This document shows positions 48,340 to 60,185 of a DNA stretch of 64,000 bases, piece after piece. A program made the position numbers and the translations under genes. The notes beneath the pieces are model-generated. The model had not been told where the DNA came from and made no database searches. It saw only the letters and a list, made by a program, of their open reading frames with translations. Source of the stretch: Candidatus Freyarchaeum deiterrae. Its GTDB lineage: Archaea > Asgardarchaeota > Jordiarchaeia > Jordiarchaeales > Jordiarchaeaceae. Location: positions 2,144,001 to 2,208,000 of the forward strand of contig CP147778.1 in NCBI GenBank assembly GCA_037305845.1. Direction: 5' to 3'. Position 1 is the stretch's first letter, and each line of letters starts with the position of its first letter.

Positions 48340-49971
48340 CTAGTTACATTTTAACCCACATTTAGAACATTTTATACCGCATGGTGGCGTCATCCTTCCC
48401 TCATAAGCATTGTCTCTTTCTGCTAGAAGAAACTCCCTATTAACTCCGATATCTACTATATCCCACGGATATACCGCTTCAGGGTTTCTCTCGGTACCTA
48501 CAACCTCTCCAATAGAGATTTTGGTTTCCTTTAAAGCACGTCTCCAAGCTCCTAAGCCTCCTCCATATAAGGAGGATAACTCAATAGGCTTCCCAATGCT
48601 ATTATCCCCGAGGGAGAGAAGCGCTTCTATCACGCCCCATCTAGGATCATAACCCTCAATACTAATTCTAGGATTTCTTCCCAATTTTGAGGAAATGAAC
48701 TTTAATTCCCTTCTAAAATATTCTATGGGCGGCTGCGGTTCCCACATAAAAGGCGTGTGCGGTTTTGGAACAAAGGGATTGATACTTAACCTAATACCTT
48801 GGGAGGGGAAACCCAGAGAGCCGATGCGGCTGGCTAGATTCACTATACCCTCTACGTCAAGCTGTTCTTCAGTTGGTAAACCCAGAATAAAATACATCTT
48901 AAGGTTTTGAAGTCTCTCCCGGATCATCTCTGCTGCAGAAAAAACCTGATCATTGCTAAAGCCTTTGTTTTGCGCTTCTCTTAATCTATCGGTCCCCGCT
49001 TCTGGTGCCAATGTTGCGGTTCTCTGACCTCCCTTGGCTAGAGCCTCCAATAACTCCTCCGAAACATTATCCACACGAAGGCTGGAGACCGAAAGCTCCA
49101 AACCCGAATTAACGATACTCCAGCAAAGATTAACCAAATCCTTATATCCGGAAAGACAAGGCGCTATGAGAGTAACCTTCCTAACACCGGAACGCTCAAC
49201 TCCTTCCTCAATGGTTGACAGCGCGGTTTTCATGCTGAGATTTCGCATGGGTCTGCTTGCGTATCCTGTCAAACAAAACCTGCACCCCCACTCGCAACCC
49301 CTAGAAATCTCTAAAAGAAGAGTTTTTCCAAAAACTGGCATCAAAGGACTATTAGTGTCTACCTGCGGAACCACTTGGGTTACTGGTCGATAAGCTTCCT
49401 CAAGATTTTTGCAGCAGCTTCTTTTTACAGGCTCCTTAGAAAATCTGGGAACATAGATGCCGGGCAGCTCAGAGAGCGTTTCAAGGTTTTCCCGGGAAAG
49501 ATTTCCCTCAATATATGTGTCTAGCAAATCATCAAGTACTGGTTCGGCATCGCCTAAAAGAAAGAGGTCAACATATTCAGAAAGGGGTTTAGGGTTTTCC
49601 AAGGCGCAAGGACCACCAGCAATTATCAGAGGATGATTAACCCCCCGCTCTTTAGAACGGATTGGGATACCTGCATTTGAGATCATTCTTAAAACATTTG
49701 TATAATCTGTTTCGAATTGAAGCGAAAAACCTATTATATCAAAATTGTCTAGAGGTTGCCTTGACTCAACGGAAAAGGCAGGAGTTTGTCGAGAATTGAA
49801 TACTCTTTCGCAAGCCACATCTGGGCGAGTATTAAGCATAGCATAAAGTGTGTGAATTCCTAAACAAGACATGCCTACCTGATACCCGCTAGGGTAGGCT
49901 AGAGCAAACCTGATGTCTACTTTCCTAAAATCCTTTCTAATAGTATTAATTTCCGAAATACTGTCTTTCAA
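48340..49971 (-). CDS. Radical SAM protein (B12-binding-like N-terminal domain)
   Basis: YPSGYQVGMS.LG, AGGPC..NP.P, EISRGCEWGCRFC, TLAPEAG and FVPKPHTPF motifs. Confidence 0.9.
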   Translation of the reverse strand: MKDSISEINTIRKDFRKVDIRFALAYPSGYQVGMSCLGIHTLYAMLNTRPDVACERVFNSRQTPAFSVESRQPLDNFDIIGFSLQFETDYTNVLRMISNAGIPIRSKERGVNHPLIIAGGPCALENPKPLSEYVDLFLLGDAEPVLDDLLDTYIEGNLSRENLETLSELPGIYVPRFSKEPVKRSCCKNLEEAYRPVTQVVPQVDTNSPLMPVFGKTLLLEISRGCEWGCRFCLTGYASRPMRNLSMKTALSTIEEGVERSGVRKVTLIAPCLSGYKDLVNLCWSIVNSGLELSVSSLRVDNVSEELLEALAKGGQRTATLAPEAGTDRLREAQNKGFSNDQVFSAAEMIRERLQNLKMYFILGLPTEEQLDVEGIVNLASRIGSLGFPSQGIRLSINPFVPKPHTPFMWEPQPPIEYFRRELKFISSKLGRNPRISIEGYDPRWGVIEALLSLGDNSIGKPIELSSLYGGGLGAWRRALKETKISIGEVVGTERNPEAVYPWDIVDIGVNREFLLAERDNAYEGRMTPPCGIKCSKCGLKCN

Positions 49972-50182
49972 CTAAACACCTAGCCCTCTTTTCAGCGTTA
50001 AAAAACTTGGAAAACGCTTTCTAAAGTGTTAAGAAGAGGCATAACTAGAAATCAGCCTAAAACTTATTTTATTCATCTTTTTCATTAAATACAGAAATTA
50101 GCCCCAACTTTTGAAATTTTCGTATTTAATCCAAGTTCTATAAAAATTCTAACCTAAGCTTACCCAATAAAAGGGATAGGTT

Positions 50183-51475
50183 TCACTCTTCCGATGCTTT
50201 ATCTGGATTAATTTTTTTGACTACCACTTTTTGTTTCTCTACGACTAGCGAGTTTTCTGGTACATCTTCCCACAGGTTTATGTTGGGCCCTATTAGGCTG
50301 TTTGGTCCTATTTTGACTCCAGGCATTATATTGGTTCCTATTCCTGTTTTTACGTTGTCTCCTATCATCGCTCCCAGTTTTCTTCTACCGGTGTCCACCT
50401 TTTCACCCTTCACTGGTGTTACGACACACTTTTCGTCCAACCTCAAGTTTGCTGTGATGGTTCCTGCACCAAAATTCACATTTTCCCCGATTATACTATC
50501 TCCAACATATGACAGGTGCGCGATTTTCGTTCCGTCTAAGATAATTGTGTTCTTGATTTCACAAGCATTACCCACATGGCATTTGTTTCCTATGGTGGTA
50601 CATTCCCTGATATAGCAGTTAGGTCCAATGTCGCAATCCTCTCCTATATGAACAGGTCCTCTGATATAGGTTCCCGATCTAATAATAGTATTCTTACCAA
50701 CATATACCGGCGGGATTATCGTTACCCCGTTTTCTCTTTCACCCTCTATTTTAGTTTCCACGTCTTTGATGAGAGTTTTATTAGCGTCTAGCAGATCCCA
50801 AGGAAGACCTATGTCAAACCAGTAATTTGTTATTTTGTATGGAAGTATGGTTTTTCCCTGATTGATTAATATTTGAATAGAATCTGTTATCTCGTATTCG
50901 CCGCGCTGTGATTTTTCCGTTCTTCTTATCGCTTCAAAAATTTGTGGTGTGAAAATGTATACACCTGCATTCACAGAATCAGATGGTGATTTTTGCATGG
51001 GTTTCTCGAGTATTTTTCTGACCCTGTCCTTTTCTATTTGGATGATTCCATAATTGGATGGGTCTGGAACCTGTGCAACTGCGAGTATAGCATCGGGTCT
51101 CTCTCTTTCGAATTTGCTTTTCAATCCTTGGTATGTAGTTTCTTTAGTTATCACATCACCATTAACTAGCAGAAAATTTTCATTATCTACGAATTTTTCA
51201 GCAAAGCCAGCTGCGTGGGCTGTACCCAAAAATCTGGTTTGTTCCACATAGGATATTTTAATTCCTAATTTTTCGCCGTTTCCCAGCATTTCAACTATTT
51301 TTTCTTTGAGGTATCCTACTACGATGAGAATCTCTTTGATGCCCGTGTTTTTCAACGCGTTTAGCGTGTGTTCTAGAAGCGGCTTTCCCGCAATTGGAAA
51401 GATTTGCTTGGGACGAGTGATTGTGAGCGGTCTTAGTCTTGTTCCTTCACCGGCGGCTATAATAACTGCTTTCAA
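50183..51475 (-). CDS. glmU: Bifunctional sugar-1-phosphate nucleotidyltransferase/acetyltransferase (GlmU-like)
   Basis: AAGEGTRLRPLT, RGEYEITD, hexapeptide repeats, HLSYVGDS and GAGTITANLR motifs. Confidence 0.9.
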   Translation of the reverse strand: MKAVIIAAGEGTRLRPLTITRPKQIFPIAGKPLLEHTLNALKNTGIKEILIVVGYLKEKIVEMLGNGEKLGIKISYVEQTRFLGTAHAAGFAEKFVDNENFLLVNGDVITKETTYQGLKSKFERERPDAILAVAQVPDPSNYGIIQIEKDRVRKILEKPMQKSPSDSVNAGVYIFTPQIFEAIRRTEKSQRGEYEITDSIQILINQGKTILPYKITNYWFDIGLPWDLLDANKTLIKDVETKIEGERENGVTIIPPVYVGKNTIIRSGTYIRGPVHIGEDCDIGPNCYIRECTTIGNKCHVGNACEIKNTIILDGTKIAHLSYVGDSIIGENVNFGAGTITANLRLDEKCVVTPVKGEKVDTGRRKLGAMIGDNVKTGIGTNIMPGVKIGPNSLIGPNINLWEDVPENSLVVEKQKVVVKKINPDKASEE

Positions 51476-51528
51476 ATAGAACCCCCTTAAACCATCTTTA
51501 TTTAGCGGTTAACATTATTCCCATACAT

Positions 51529-52137
51529 TCAAGGAATGAATTTTTTTAAAGGGTCGTTTTCAACTATTTCTTTTAATTCTCTTATTCTTAACCCCTTCAA
51601 CTCATCACAAAATATTTCACACTTTTCTTTAACATTAATATCTTCTAATGGGCGTACCACAATTTCAACCTCGTAGTCTTGTGGTGTTTTAACAAAAATG
51701 TGTAGATACGATTTTCTATCGGTACCTACGGTTTTAATTGCTCTTTCTTGCCTGATTAGCTTATATTTACTCTGATTTATTGTTTTTATCACTTCTGTTT
51801 CATCATCACAGTAAACTCTCAAGTCGATGTCGCTTCCTCTGTGCGCTGTTCCTCTCCACACCGAGCCCACTAGTACAGGGCTAAATCTTTTGAGAACCTT
51901 CATGATTTCTAAGGCTTCTTTTCGCATGTTCTTAAGTTGCTCCACCTTTTGTTGTCCCTCTAGTAAATCAGATAGCTGATCTAATTCATAGGCAATTTCT
52001 CTATTCGAAGGGAGCACCTTTACCCCTAGAGATTTTGCCGCCTCACGTTTGGCTGTATAATACTCACCTGAAAACCCGTAATAAAGAAGACGGGCGGCTT
52101 CCTTTGCTACCTGACTTTTCTTATCCAGATTGACCAC
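51529..52137 (-). CDS. Pol-beta-like nucleotidyltransferase domain protein
   Basis: VAKEAARLLY...EY..AK..AA and LVGSVWRG....SDIDL motifs. Confidence 0.8.
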   Translation of the reverse strand: MVNLDKKSQVAKEAARLLYYGFSGEYYTAKREAAKSLGVKVLPSNREIAYELDQLSDLLEGQQKVEQLKNMRKEALEIMKVLKRFSPVLVGSVWRGTAHRGSDIDLRVYCDDETEVIKTINQSKYKLIRQERAIKTVGTDRKSYLHIFVKTPQDYEVEIVVRPLEDINVKEKCEIFCDELKGLRIRELKEIVENDPLKKFIP

Positions 52138-52298
52138 CTAGAAACTTGTAATTTCTAATAATCAGTCCCTGTTCTAAAAAACGCTTAAACTATTTAGATT
52201 CTAATCAAAAATCTGCATATCCACTTTTTGGTAGATTTAGTAACCAATATCTGTCCTCTGAGCATTTAAAAAAAAATGGGAGAATTGCTAATTATATT

Positions 52299-53303
52299 TT
52301 AGCATTTCCTTATATGATCTCTGAAGTAAAACCCACCGTTTGCGAGTATAAATGCACTCGCAACCACTGTCGCAAGGATTGCGATTATTAAGAACAGTAC
52401 CTGATACAGTGACCAGAACAAAAATACCTGATTTAGTAAAGCAACACCGTATACCATACCTGCTATACCGACAAACAAGTTCCTAGCGTTCTCCTTTTTA
52501 CTAGCAGCCATGATTTTAAAAATTAGCCCTACGCCAACTAACAGAAGCGCAGTTCCTTCTATATCGGGATTTCCCATAAACAGAGACGAAGGAAGCAACT
52601 GTAAAGTTGAGAACTGTCTAACAGTTGAGATGATTAGGGATCCCTTGTTCCAATCAACAATAGCAAGAATCCAGACAAAAATGGCGCCTCCAATAAAAAC
52701 TACTTCTTTGAGATCCTCCTGAACACTTGGGAATATCCAATTTACAAGAGTCAAGAAAACCAATATTATGACGGCAACTAATAGGAAATACGGCCATAAT
52801 CCCATGCTTAAAGTAAATGGTAACCCTATTATAGTCAATTGGAAATTCACTTGGTCATATACGTAAATATCGGCCAATTGTATCCACGCGATAGAATATA
52901 GAGTCATATATGCTGCTCCAGTGAGAAATCCGGCAAGCATAACAATTCTCTGCAATCCCGCCCTTACGCTTTGGAAATAGAATAAAACGCCGTATGTCAC
53001 TATCAATCCGCCACCGGCCATTAAGCAAATAATACCAATACGAGAAATTAGAATCGGACCAAGCATTGAATTAACTATGAGAAAGCCAAATAAGTTTAAG
53101 TAATTTCTAAACAGAAACCAGTACTGAATTGCATCACTTTGAATGAAGTAAGCTACACAATTAAGTATAACCATAATGCCTACTACTATCATGGTTATGG
53201 GCACCAGTCTACCAGAGAACTCCTCAAACCCTGTAGATACTACAATGCGACGTTTGGGTTTTTTTTGAGTTGGTTTAACAGTCTTCACGCTCTTTGCAGT
53301 CAT
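52299..53303 (-). CDS. Multi-pass membrane protein, unknown function
   Basis: 334 aa with about 8 hydrophobic helices. Confidence 0.7.
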   Translation of the reverse strand: MTAKSVKTVKPTQKKPKRRIVVSTGFEEFSGRLVPITMIVVGIMVILNCVAYFIQSDAIQYWFLFRNYLNLFGFLIVNSMLGPILISRIGIICLMAGGGLIVTYGVLFYFQSVRAGLQRIVMLAGFLTGAAYMTLYSIAWIQLADIYVYDQVNFQLTIIGLPFTLSMGLWPYFLLVAVIILVFLTLVNWIFPSVQEDLKEVVFIGGAIFVWILAIVDWNKGSLIISTVRQFSTLQLLPSSLFMGNPDIEGTALLLVGVGLIFKIMAASKKENARNLFVGIAGMVYGVALLNQVFLFWSLYQVLFLIIAILATVVASAFILANGGFYFRDHIRKC

Positions 53304-53808
53304 TTTTAAGACACTCCATTCCTTTTACTTTTTCATATTATTAGAACTTTTGTAATTAAAAATTTTTTTATATTTTAAAAAAATAACTACAATAACTCTG
53401 TACTTTAAAGGTTATTTGCTTTTAAAAGTATCTCTAATAATTAGATATTACAAAAAATAAACTATTTATGGATTCCAGTGCGGGGAGCAATCTTGCAGAT
53501 TTCAAGCCAGAAGATTCTAGTAGTATATTGAGAGGTATCTGCGCACTGTTTGAATTTTTTTAAAAAAAGGGCAAAAATATGGATTGCTTGATGGTTGAAA
53601 AAGGCTAATGTACGGGTAAAATTAAATTAAAAAGCAAAATGAGGAATTATTAGGGAAGGCAGTCTGGGCCACACCTAATAATTAATCACTTTAACTATAT
53701 TTTGTTAGGCACTGCGGGTATTACTTTTATGCGGCTTTCTATTTTTGGGAGGATGTTTAATTTTTGAATGCCCCAAATACTCTTATCTCCCCGATTACAA
53801 TTTTTGTT

Positions 53809-54123
53809 TTAAGTAAGTCTGTATTTGTTTTGTCTTAGATCCATCAGATTCGGTACCTTTTCTATGACATTGCTTTCGAGCAAAGTTTTCAGAGCGTACC
53901 GGACAGTCCTAGGCGCGAAGTTTGTTTTTTGAAAGATATCTTTGGGGGTAAGGGCACCATCTTTTCTCAAAATTTCCACTACCACTAATGCTGATTGGGG
54001 TAGATGACCGATTTTATCCTCTCCATTCTGGGGTAGTTGAACAATTTTACCTTCTCCATTCTCCACAAGTTCAGTTTCCTCAACCTTTCCCACAAAAATT
54101 TCAGCTACCGAAGTCATAGCCAT
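53809..54123 (-). CDS. Winged-HTH transcriptional regulator
   Basis: LPQSA..V...L...G.LT.KDI.......RTVRYAL..L.....I....NL.D.RQ..Y pattern. Confidence 0.8.
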   Translation of the reverse strand: MAMTSVAEIFVGKVEETELVENGEGKIVQLPQNGEDKIGHLPQSALVVVEILRKDGALTPKDIFQKTNFAPRTVRYALKTLLESNVIEKVPNLMDLRQNKYRLT

Positions 54124-54607
54124 TTTTCCTCCTTTTCTTTATTTTTAGTATAAGCTTTTATTTAGTCTTATTAAAAGATTTTACATAAAAAGGATATGTC
54201 CTTATGTTCACTTTATGTTCACATAAAAAACATAAAAATCGGAGAAATAAAAAGCACCACATAAATTTTTTACATTGAAAAGAAAAATAAAATCGATTTT
54301 ATGCACAAAAACTATTTTCAAATAAAACACAAGGGCTAATTAAAGCTCAAATAACCGTTGAAACTGATTTCTGACCTATCAAACTAGCTATAACACTAAT
54401 CAGCAAATGTCCTCTCGAAGATCTGAAAAATTCATTCAAAGCCTCTGTTTTTATAAATCATCACTAAAAGGGCGTTATCAGATTTTGTTTTTAAAGAGTA
54501 TACAGGGCTTAGTAAAATAAAAGTTCGGAAATGTTTATGCACACGATAAGTTTTAAAGGGAAAGCATAAATTGCTTATCATGCTATGAATATTTTGAGAG
54601 TGATACT

Positions 54608-55282
54608 TTGAGTCGAAAAACAGATAAAACGCGGGCAAGGGACTCCTGGCGCGAGAAGCAATGGTACACCATAATTGCTCCTCCGTATTTTGGCAATATC
54701 GATGCAGGAGAAACTCTAACAGATGACCCCGATAAATTGGTTGGCCGAGTTATAGAAACCACGCTTTATGATGTCACTGGGGACTTCTCTCTTATTCATG
54801 TTAAAATATTCTTAAAGGTAATTGAAGTCAAGGGAGACAAAGCCTACACAGAGTTTAAGGGTCACGACCTGACCAGGGATTACTTGAGAAGCTTGGTGCG
54901 CAGAGGAAGCAGCAGAGTTGATGGAATTTTTGATATAGGAACCAAAGACGGTAGGATTCTACGCATTTCCGCGGTGGCTTTCACCAACAGTCGTGCCAAA
55001 ACCAGTCAGGAAAAGGTTATGCGCAAAATAATGCGCGATATTATTTTAGATAAGGCTGAGCAACTCAGTTATGGTGAGTTTGTGCAAGAGGCTGTTTTGG
55101 GTAAAATTGCCTCCGAGATTTATAATAAGGCAAAGAAGATAACTCCTCTAAGAAAATGTGAAGTAAGAAAATCCAAATTATTGTCTAAATCTAAGATGAA
55201 GGAAAAAGTAAAGAGCAGAAGTGCCGCAGAGAGAAAAGCGGCGGAAGTAACTAAAGAAGAAGAGGAGGAAGCAGCTGCCTAA
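54608..55282 (+). CDS. rps3ae: Ribosomal protein S3Ae (eS1)
   Basis: DSWREKQWY, GRVIETTLYD.TGD, DYLRSLVRRGSSRVD and PLRKCEVRKSK motifs. Confidence 0.95.
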   Translation: MSRKTDKTRARDSWREKQWYTIIAPPYFGNIDAGETLTDDPDKLVGRVIETTLYDVTGDFSLIHVKIFLKVIEVKGDKAYTEFKGHDLTRDYLRSLVRRGSSRVDGIFDIGTKDGRILRISAVAFTNSRAKTSQEKVMRKIMRDIILDKAEQLSYGEFVQEAVLGKIASEIYNKAKKITPLRKCEVRKSKLLSKSKMKEKVKSRSAAERKAAEVTKEEEEEAAA

Positions 55283-55342
55283 AATTAGATTCCAAATTTA
55301 TACTCACTTTTTTTAAAATTTTGTAGGAAGTGTTTCATAGAA

Positions 55343-55477
55343 ATGTCTGAAAAGTGTATTAGGTGTGGTTCAACGGAAGTAGAAACTGTATTAAAACAAC
55401 CTTCGCCAAAGGGCTTTAAATACACCTACAAGTGTTCAAAGTGCCAGCAAACTTGGTCCAAAGAAAAAAAGCACTAA
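55343..55477 (+). CDS. 44-aa zinc-ribbon microprotein (absent from ORF track)
   Basis: MSEKCIRCGSTEVETVLKQPSPKGFKYTYKCSKCQQTWSKEKKH; CxxC...YxCxxC...W pattern, and it fills the gap before pcc1. Confidence 0.7.
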   Translation: MSEKCIRCGSTEVETVLKQPSPKGFKYTYKCSKCQQTWSKEKKH

Positions 55478-55483
55478 ACTCTT

Positions 55484-55762
55484 TCATACATCTTCTTGCT
55501 TGCTTTCCCTAATAGGGATTAAACTCTCGGTTAAGCATAGGCTTTCAAGTATATCATCTACGGTTGAAATTAGTGTTTCGGGCTTACAAATGCATTCCAC
55601 AATTATGTTGGCTTTCCTTCCCTTAGCAGACATATCTATTGAAATCCCTTTGGGTAACGGCTTATTATCTGGTATTAGTGATTTGGTCACGATTTCCGCT
55701 TGCTTCTGGTTCTGGTATTCAATGCTAATTTTCGCTTTCATTTGAAGCACTTTTTCCACCAA
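55484..55762 (-). CDS. pcc1: KEOPS subunit Pcc1
   Basis: A....SL.PDN motif; conserved position after rps15 and the DHH gene. Start may be the ATG at 55741. Confidence 0.8.
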   Translation of the reverse strand: MVEKVLQMKAKISIEYQNQKQAEIVTKSLIPDNKPLPKGISIDMSAKGRKANIIVECICKPETLISTVDDILESLCLTESLIPIRESKQEDV

Positions 55763-57185
55763 GCTGGCTTTTAATTATTTTATTTAAAACCTCTAAGAGT
55801 TTAGATTCTGCTCCTATAGGTATATGCGCACCAGCAGCGATATTGTGGCCACCTGCGGTAGCTTCTGAAGATACCTCCTTTACGGCTACTCTAAGAGCGG
55901 CCCCCAGATCTATTCCCTGTTGTACTTGGTAATCGGTGGCTCTTGCGGAAACTTTTACCGTACCGTCTCCGGATTCTGCGAAAGCGAATACCGGTTTATC
56001 TTGTGGAATTATTCCTGAAGATATCGCTATAGATGCTATTGTTCCTATTATTCGGTCGTCTATGGTCTTACCTCCATGGAAGCTTTGGAGGTACTCTGCC
56101 TGAGTTACTGTTCCCGGTTTCGTTAGCCAGCCCATATACCCTGCTAGTTTTTCGCGGTAATCCGTGGTAACGCTCTCCACTTCTTCCAATGCTTCTAATC
56201 TGCCACCGAGGCATATGGCTACTCCTAGACCCGGTTTCCTCATGCGTCCACACGCGTTTAGTAGAGATGAGTATTCTCTGGCATCTCGAAGTGGGGTTTG
56301 TTTTTCTTCTTTGGGCAGGATATATATGACACCCACTATACTCTGTGCTTCTTCGGGGGTCATTTCTCCTGGCCCGAGCATGTATTGGATAAGTTCAGAA
56401 ACCAATGTTGTTTTCTCGTCTTGTGAGAGATCTGATATTGTTCTCCAATTACCATTGGTTTTTAACGGTATTTTGACATTCTCTGTTAGAAACTTAAGGC
56501 ATGCTCCATGATTTCCTGATAATCCGGGTATAAAGGGATCTGTAGTATATTCCAGTGCCATTGCTATGGGACGCGTTTCTCTTCCAAAAAGGCGAATGCC
56601 TGTGGTTTCCTCAAGTATCCCCCTATTTACTCCGTCTTTCACTATCTCGGAGTTTGTCTCGCTTAAACGATGTTGTTCTCCCTTATCCTGTCTATCTCCG
56701 AGTGCGCCCACGACTGCAAGTGGTGCAAAATCTATGTTTGACTCATTTATATTCTTCGCCACCAGATAGGCTACTCCTGAACCGCTTATTTCTGTAGCTC
56801 CATCAATACCGCATAAGTGAGGATTTGCTTGAAGAATTGTGGTTTCTTTTTCTGGAGGGTGATGATCTATTATCAAAACCATATCTGGTGGGAGATTTTT
56901 TTCTATAATTTCTAATTGCCCGCTTCCCAAGTCTGTAAAAATGAATATACTCTCTTTTGACTCTTTGATTTCACGGAGGTTTTCTTCTCTAAGTTGTTGA
57001 ATTATTCTTAGATGGAAATGCGCTTTAAGTCTAGAAAACAAAGAAGAAATTATGCTCGCGGCAGCTATGCCGTCCGCATCAAGATGCGACATTACGCGAA
57101 AAAATAGGCCTTTTTCACAAGCTTCTAGTATTCTCTCAGAAACTTTCTTACTGTTTTCATTCAGTTCTAGAAATTTTTTGCTCAA
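55725..57185 (-). CDS. DHH phosphoesterase, archaeal Cdc45/RecJ (GAN-like)
   Basis: SHLDADG, TDLGSG, IDHH, GALGDRQ, LLNACGR and GGHNIAAG motifs; lies between rps15 and pcc1. Confidence 0.88.
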   Translation of the reverse strand: MSKKFLELNENSKKVSERILEACEKGLFFRVMSHLDADGIAAASIISSLFSRLKAHFHLRIIQQLREENLREIKESKESIFIFTDLGSGQLEIIEKNLPPDMVLIIDHHPPEKETTILQANPHLCGIDGATEISGSGVAYLVAKNINESNIDFAPLAVVGALGDRQDKGEQHRLSETNSEIVKDGVNRGILEETTGIRLFGRETRPIAMALEYTTDPFIPGLSGNHGACLKFLTENVKIPLKTNGNWRTISDLSQDEKTTLVSELIQYMLGPGEMTPEEAQSIVGVIYILPKEEKQTPLRDAREYSSLLNACGRMRKPGLGVAICLGGRLEALEEVESVTTDYREKLAGYMGWLTKPGTVTQAEYLQSFHGGKTIDDRIIGTIASIAISSGIIPQDKPVFAFAESGDGTVKVSARATDYQVQQGIDLGAALRVAVKEVSSEATAGGHNIAAGAHIPIGAESKLLEVLNKIIKSQLGGKSASNESEN

Positions 57186-57207
57186 AATTTATCTATCCTG
57201 TGCCTGT

Positions 57208-57663
57208 TTACCGAAGGAGAGTAGCCGCTCTTTCTGGCGAGTATTTCCAATCTGCTGGTAAGATTCCACGCCGCTTGTAATACTTTGATATTCTGTTAAT
57301 TTTTACTTCGGTATCTTGTAATCCTCTTCTTGAATGCAGATCTTTGGGGTTTTCTTCTAAATGTTTTCTCATTAAAACTGCCTTTTTTATAAGGTTCCTT
57401 ATTTCCTCAGGCATTGAGGGAGCTAATCCATTTTCAGCCATTACTTGGGTAATCGATTTGCCGAGAACCGCTTTTACTAACGGTACTCCATATTGGTCTC
57501 TCAGAATTAACCCTATCATGGATGATGGTTGTCCCGCTTTTCCAAGTTCAATTATCTTATCCGTTACCCATTCTGGGGTGCGTTCAAACCATTCTGCTGG
57601 TTTTAGCACCGGGGGTCTTGTGGATCCTGATTTTCCTTTTGCTCCTGAATGCATTCTAGCCAT
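57208..57663 (-). CDS. rps15: Ribosomal protein S15 (uS15)
   Basis: MARMHS..KGKSGS, IGLILRDQYG, HLEENPKD and W.Y motifs. Confidence 0.96.
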   Translation of the reverse strand: MARMHSGAKGKSGSTRPPVLKPAEWFERTPEWVTDKIIELGKAGQPSSMIGLILRDQYGVPLVKAVLGKSITQVMAENGLAPSMPEEIRNLIKKAVLMRKHLEENPKDLHSRRGLQDTEVKINRISKYYKRRGILPADWKYSPERAATLLR

Positions 57664-57723
57664 TATTAATCCTCTCTTTTAAACATAAATAATGTTTCGT
57701 AGGAATAGAGAAAGAAATCCCCT

Positions 57724-58308
57724 TTAAATAAATTTCGAAGAATCTGTACTTTTAACCCATTCTACGAATTTCCTTAGGGCTCTTGTTCTGTGTGAGATGG
57801 CTGCTTTTTCGGATATATCCATTTCTCCAAATGTTCTCCCGTCTCCTTCTTCAGGAATAAATATTGGGTCGAATCCAAACCCATGTTTTCCCCGAATCTC
57901 TCTACTTATTTCTCCCTTAATTTCGCCTTTGAATGTTAATGTTTTTTTACCGTTACAAAAGGCTATTACCGCCTTGAAGTAAGCGGTTCTATCCTCTACT
58001 TGCGACATTAATTTCAATATTCCCTCGTTTGAGATCGTTTTGGAAACATATGAGGAGTAGGGTCCTGGAAACCCTTTCAGTTCTTTTATGAAGAGGCCAG
58101 CATCTTCCACGAATAAGGGCTTCTCTTGGTCTTCCCATGTTTTCTGGGCGCTGAAAACTGCTATCTCCTCCACGTCATCTGCTTGGATTTCCATAAGTTT
58201 TACTGGTAAGTGCAAAAGAGGTATATTCTCCTCCTTAAAAATTCTTTCCGCTTCTTCTACCTTCATAATGTTACCAGTTGCGAAAAATACAGTTACACGT
58301 TTACTCAT
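57724..58308 (-). CDS. rdgB: XTP/dITP pyrophosphatase (HAM1 family)
   Basis: FATGN..K, VEDAGL, GFPGPYS, GFGFDPIF and SHR motifs; likely ATG at 58308. Confidence 0.92.
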   Translation of the reverse strand: MSKRVTVFFATGNIMKVEEAERIFKEENIPLLHLPVKLMEIQADDVEEIAVFSAQKTWEDQEKPLFVEDAGLFIKELKGFPGPYSSYVSKTISNEGILKLMSQVEDRTAYFKAVIAFCNGKKTLTFKGEIKGEISREIRGKHGFGFDPIFIPEEGDGRTFGEMDISEKAAISHRTRALRKFVEWVKSTDSSKFI

Positions 58309-58333
58309 GTGTACACTTCCCGTAACTTTTTCT

Positions 58334-58960
58334 TTATCTTTCTTTGTGGTATCTTCCTCTTTTTTCAATTTCATTCATTCTTTCGATGACATCCTCTGAT
58401 TTATTCATTGTTGTTTTATACCCCTCGAGAACCGCTTTGAAGCCAAGTTCTGCATAAGCGTAATGGGTGCTTTGAAGAGCTCTGTTCATAAGGTGGAGGT
58501 CGACTCCCTGATCTTCTATTTCGATGGAGTAATCCCCTAGCCCGAAATCAATGAAGTATATACTACTAGAATTTTGGAGTATCATATTTGATGTAGTAAG
58601 ATCCCCGTGTATGATTCCGGCGTTGTGCAGTCGCCCAATTAAGATTCCGATATGGATAAAAAGACTATTTTTTTCCTGCTCACTCATATTTTGGATAACT
58701 GTCTTAATTGGGAATCCTTGGATAAAATCCATTATGATTGTGTTTTCGGCAAGATCAATAGAATAAATCATAGGTGTTGGTACACCTGCTTTTCTAGCAT
58801 CTGAAAGTAAACGAGCCTCTTTAACGGTGCGATCCTTTCTCAGTCTTTCATCGAGTTCCGGAACTCTATATGGTTTAGACACTCTCCTCTTTATAATCAC
58901 TTTTCTGTCGTACCAGTCTTCTAGGTACAGATATGCTTCAGCGCCCTTTTTGTAAAGCAT
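58334..58960 (-). CDS. bud32: KEOPS kinase Bud32
   Basis: KGAEA, K.R..KPYR, IHGDLTTSN, IDFGL and RGRY motifs. Confidence 0.95.
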   Translation of the reverse strand: MLYKKGAEAYLYLEDWYDRKVIIKRRVSKPYRVPELDERLRKDRTVKEARLLSDARKAGVPTPMIYSIDLAENTIIMDFIQGFPIKTVIQNMSEQEKNSLFIHIGILIGRLHNAGIIHGDLTTSNMILQNSSSIYFIDFGLGDYSIEIEDQGVDLHLMNRALQSTHYAYAELGFKAVLEGYKTTMNKSEDVIERMNEIEKRGRYHKER

Positions 58961-60011
<1,051 letters not shown>

Positions 60012-60185
60012 AATCTATCCCTAACCTAAAAATCGAGTTGGGTTGACTATTTTTAAAAAAATTAAACAAATAGCCAGACTAGATACCTCGAAGCCTTTTC
60101 TCTATTTTACCCTTTGGGAAGGCTTCTATAATAAAGTGTTAACAGGTTCTTTGAAAGTCAGGAGCGCTATTACTAGTCACCTTAA

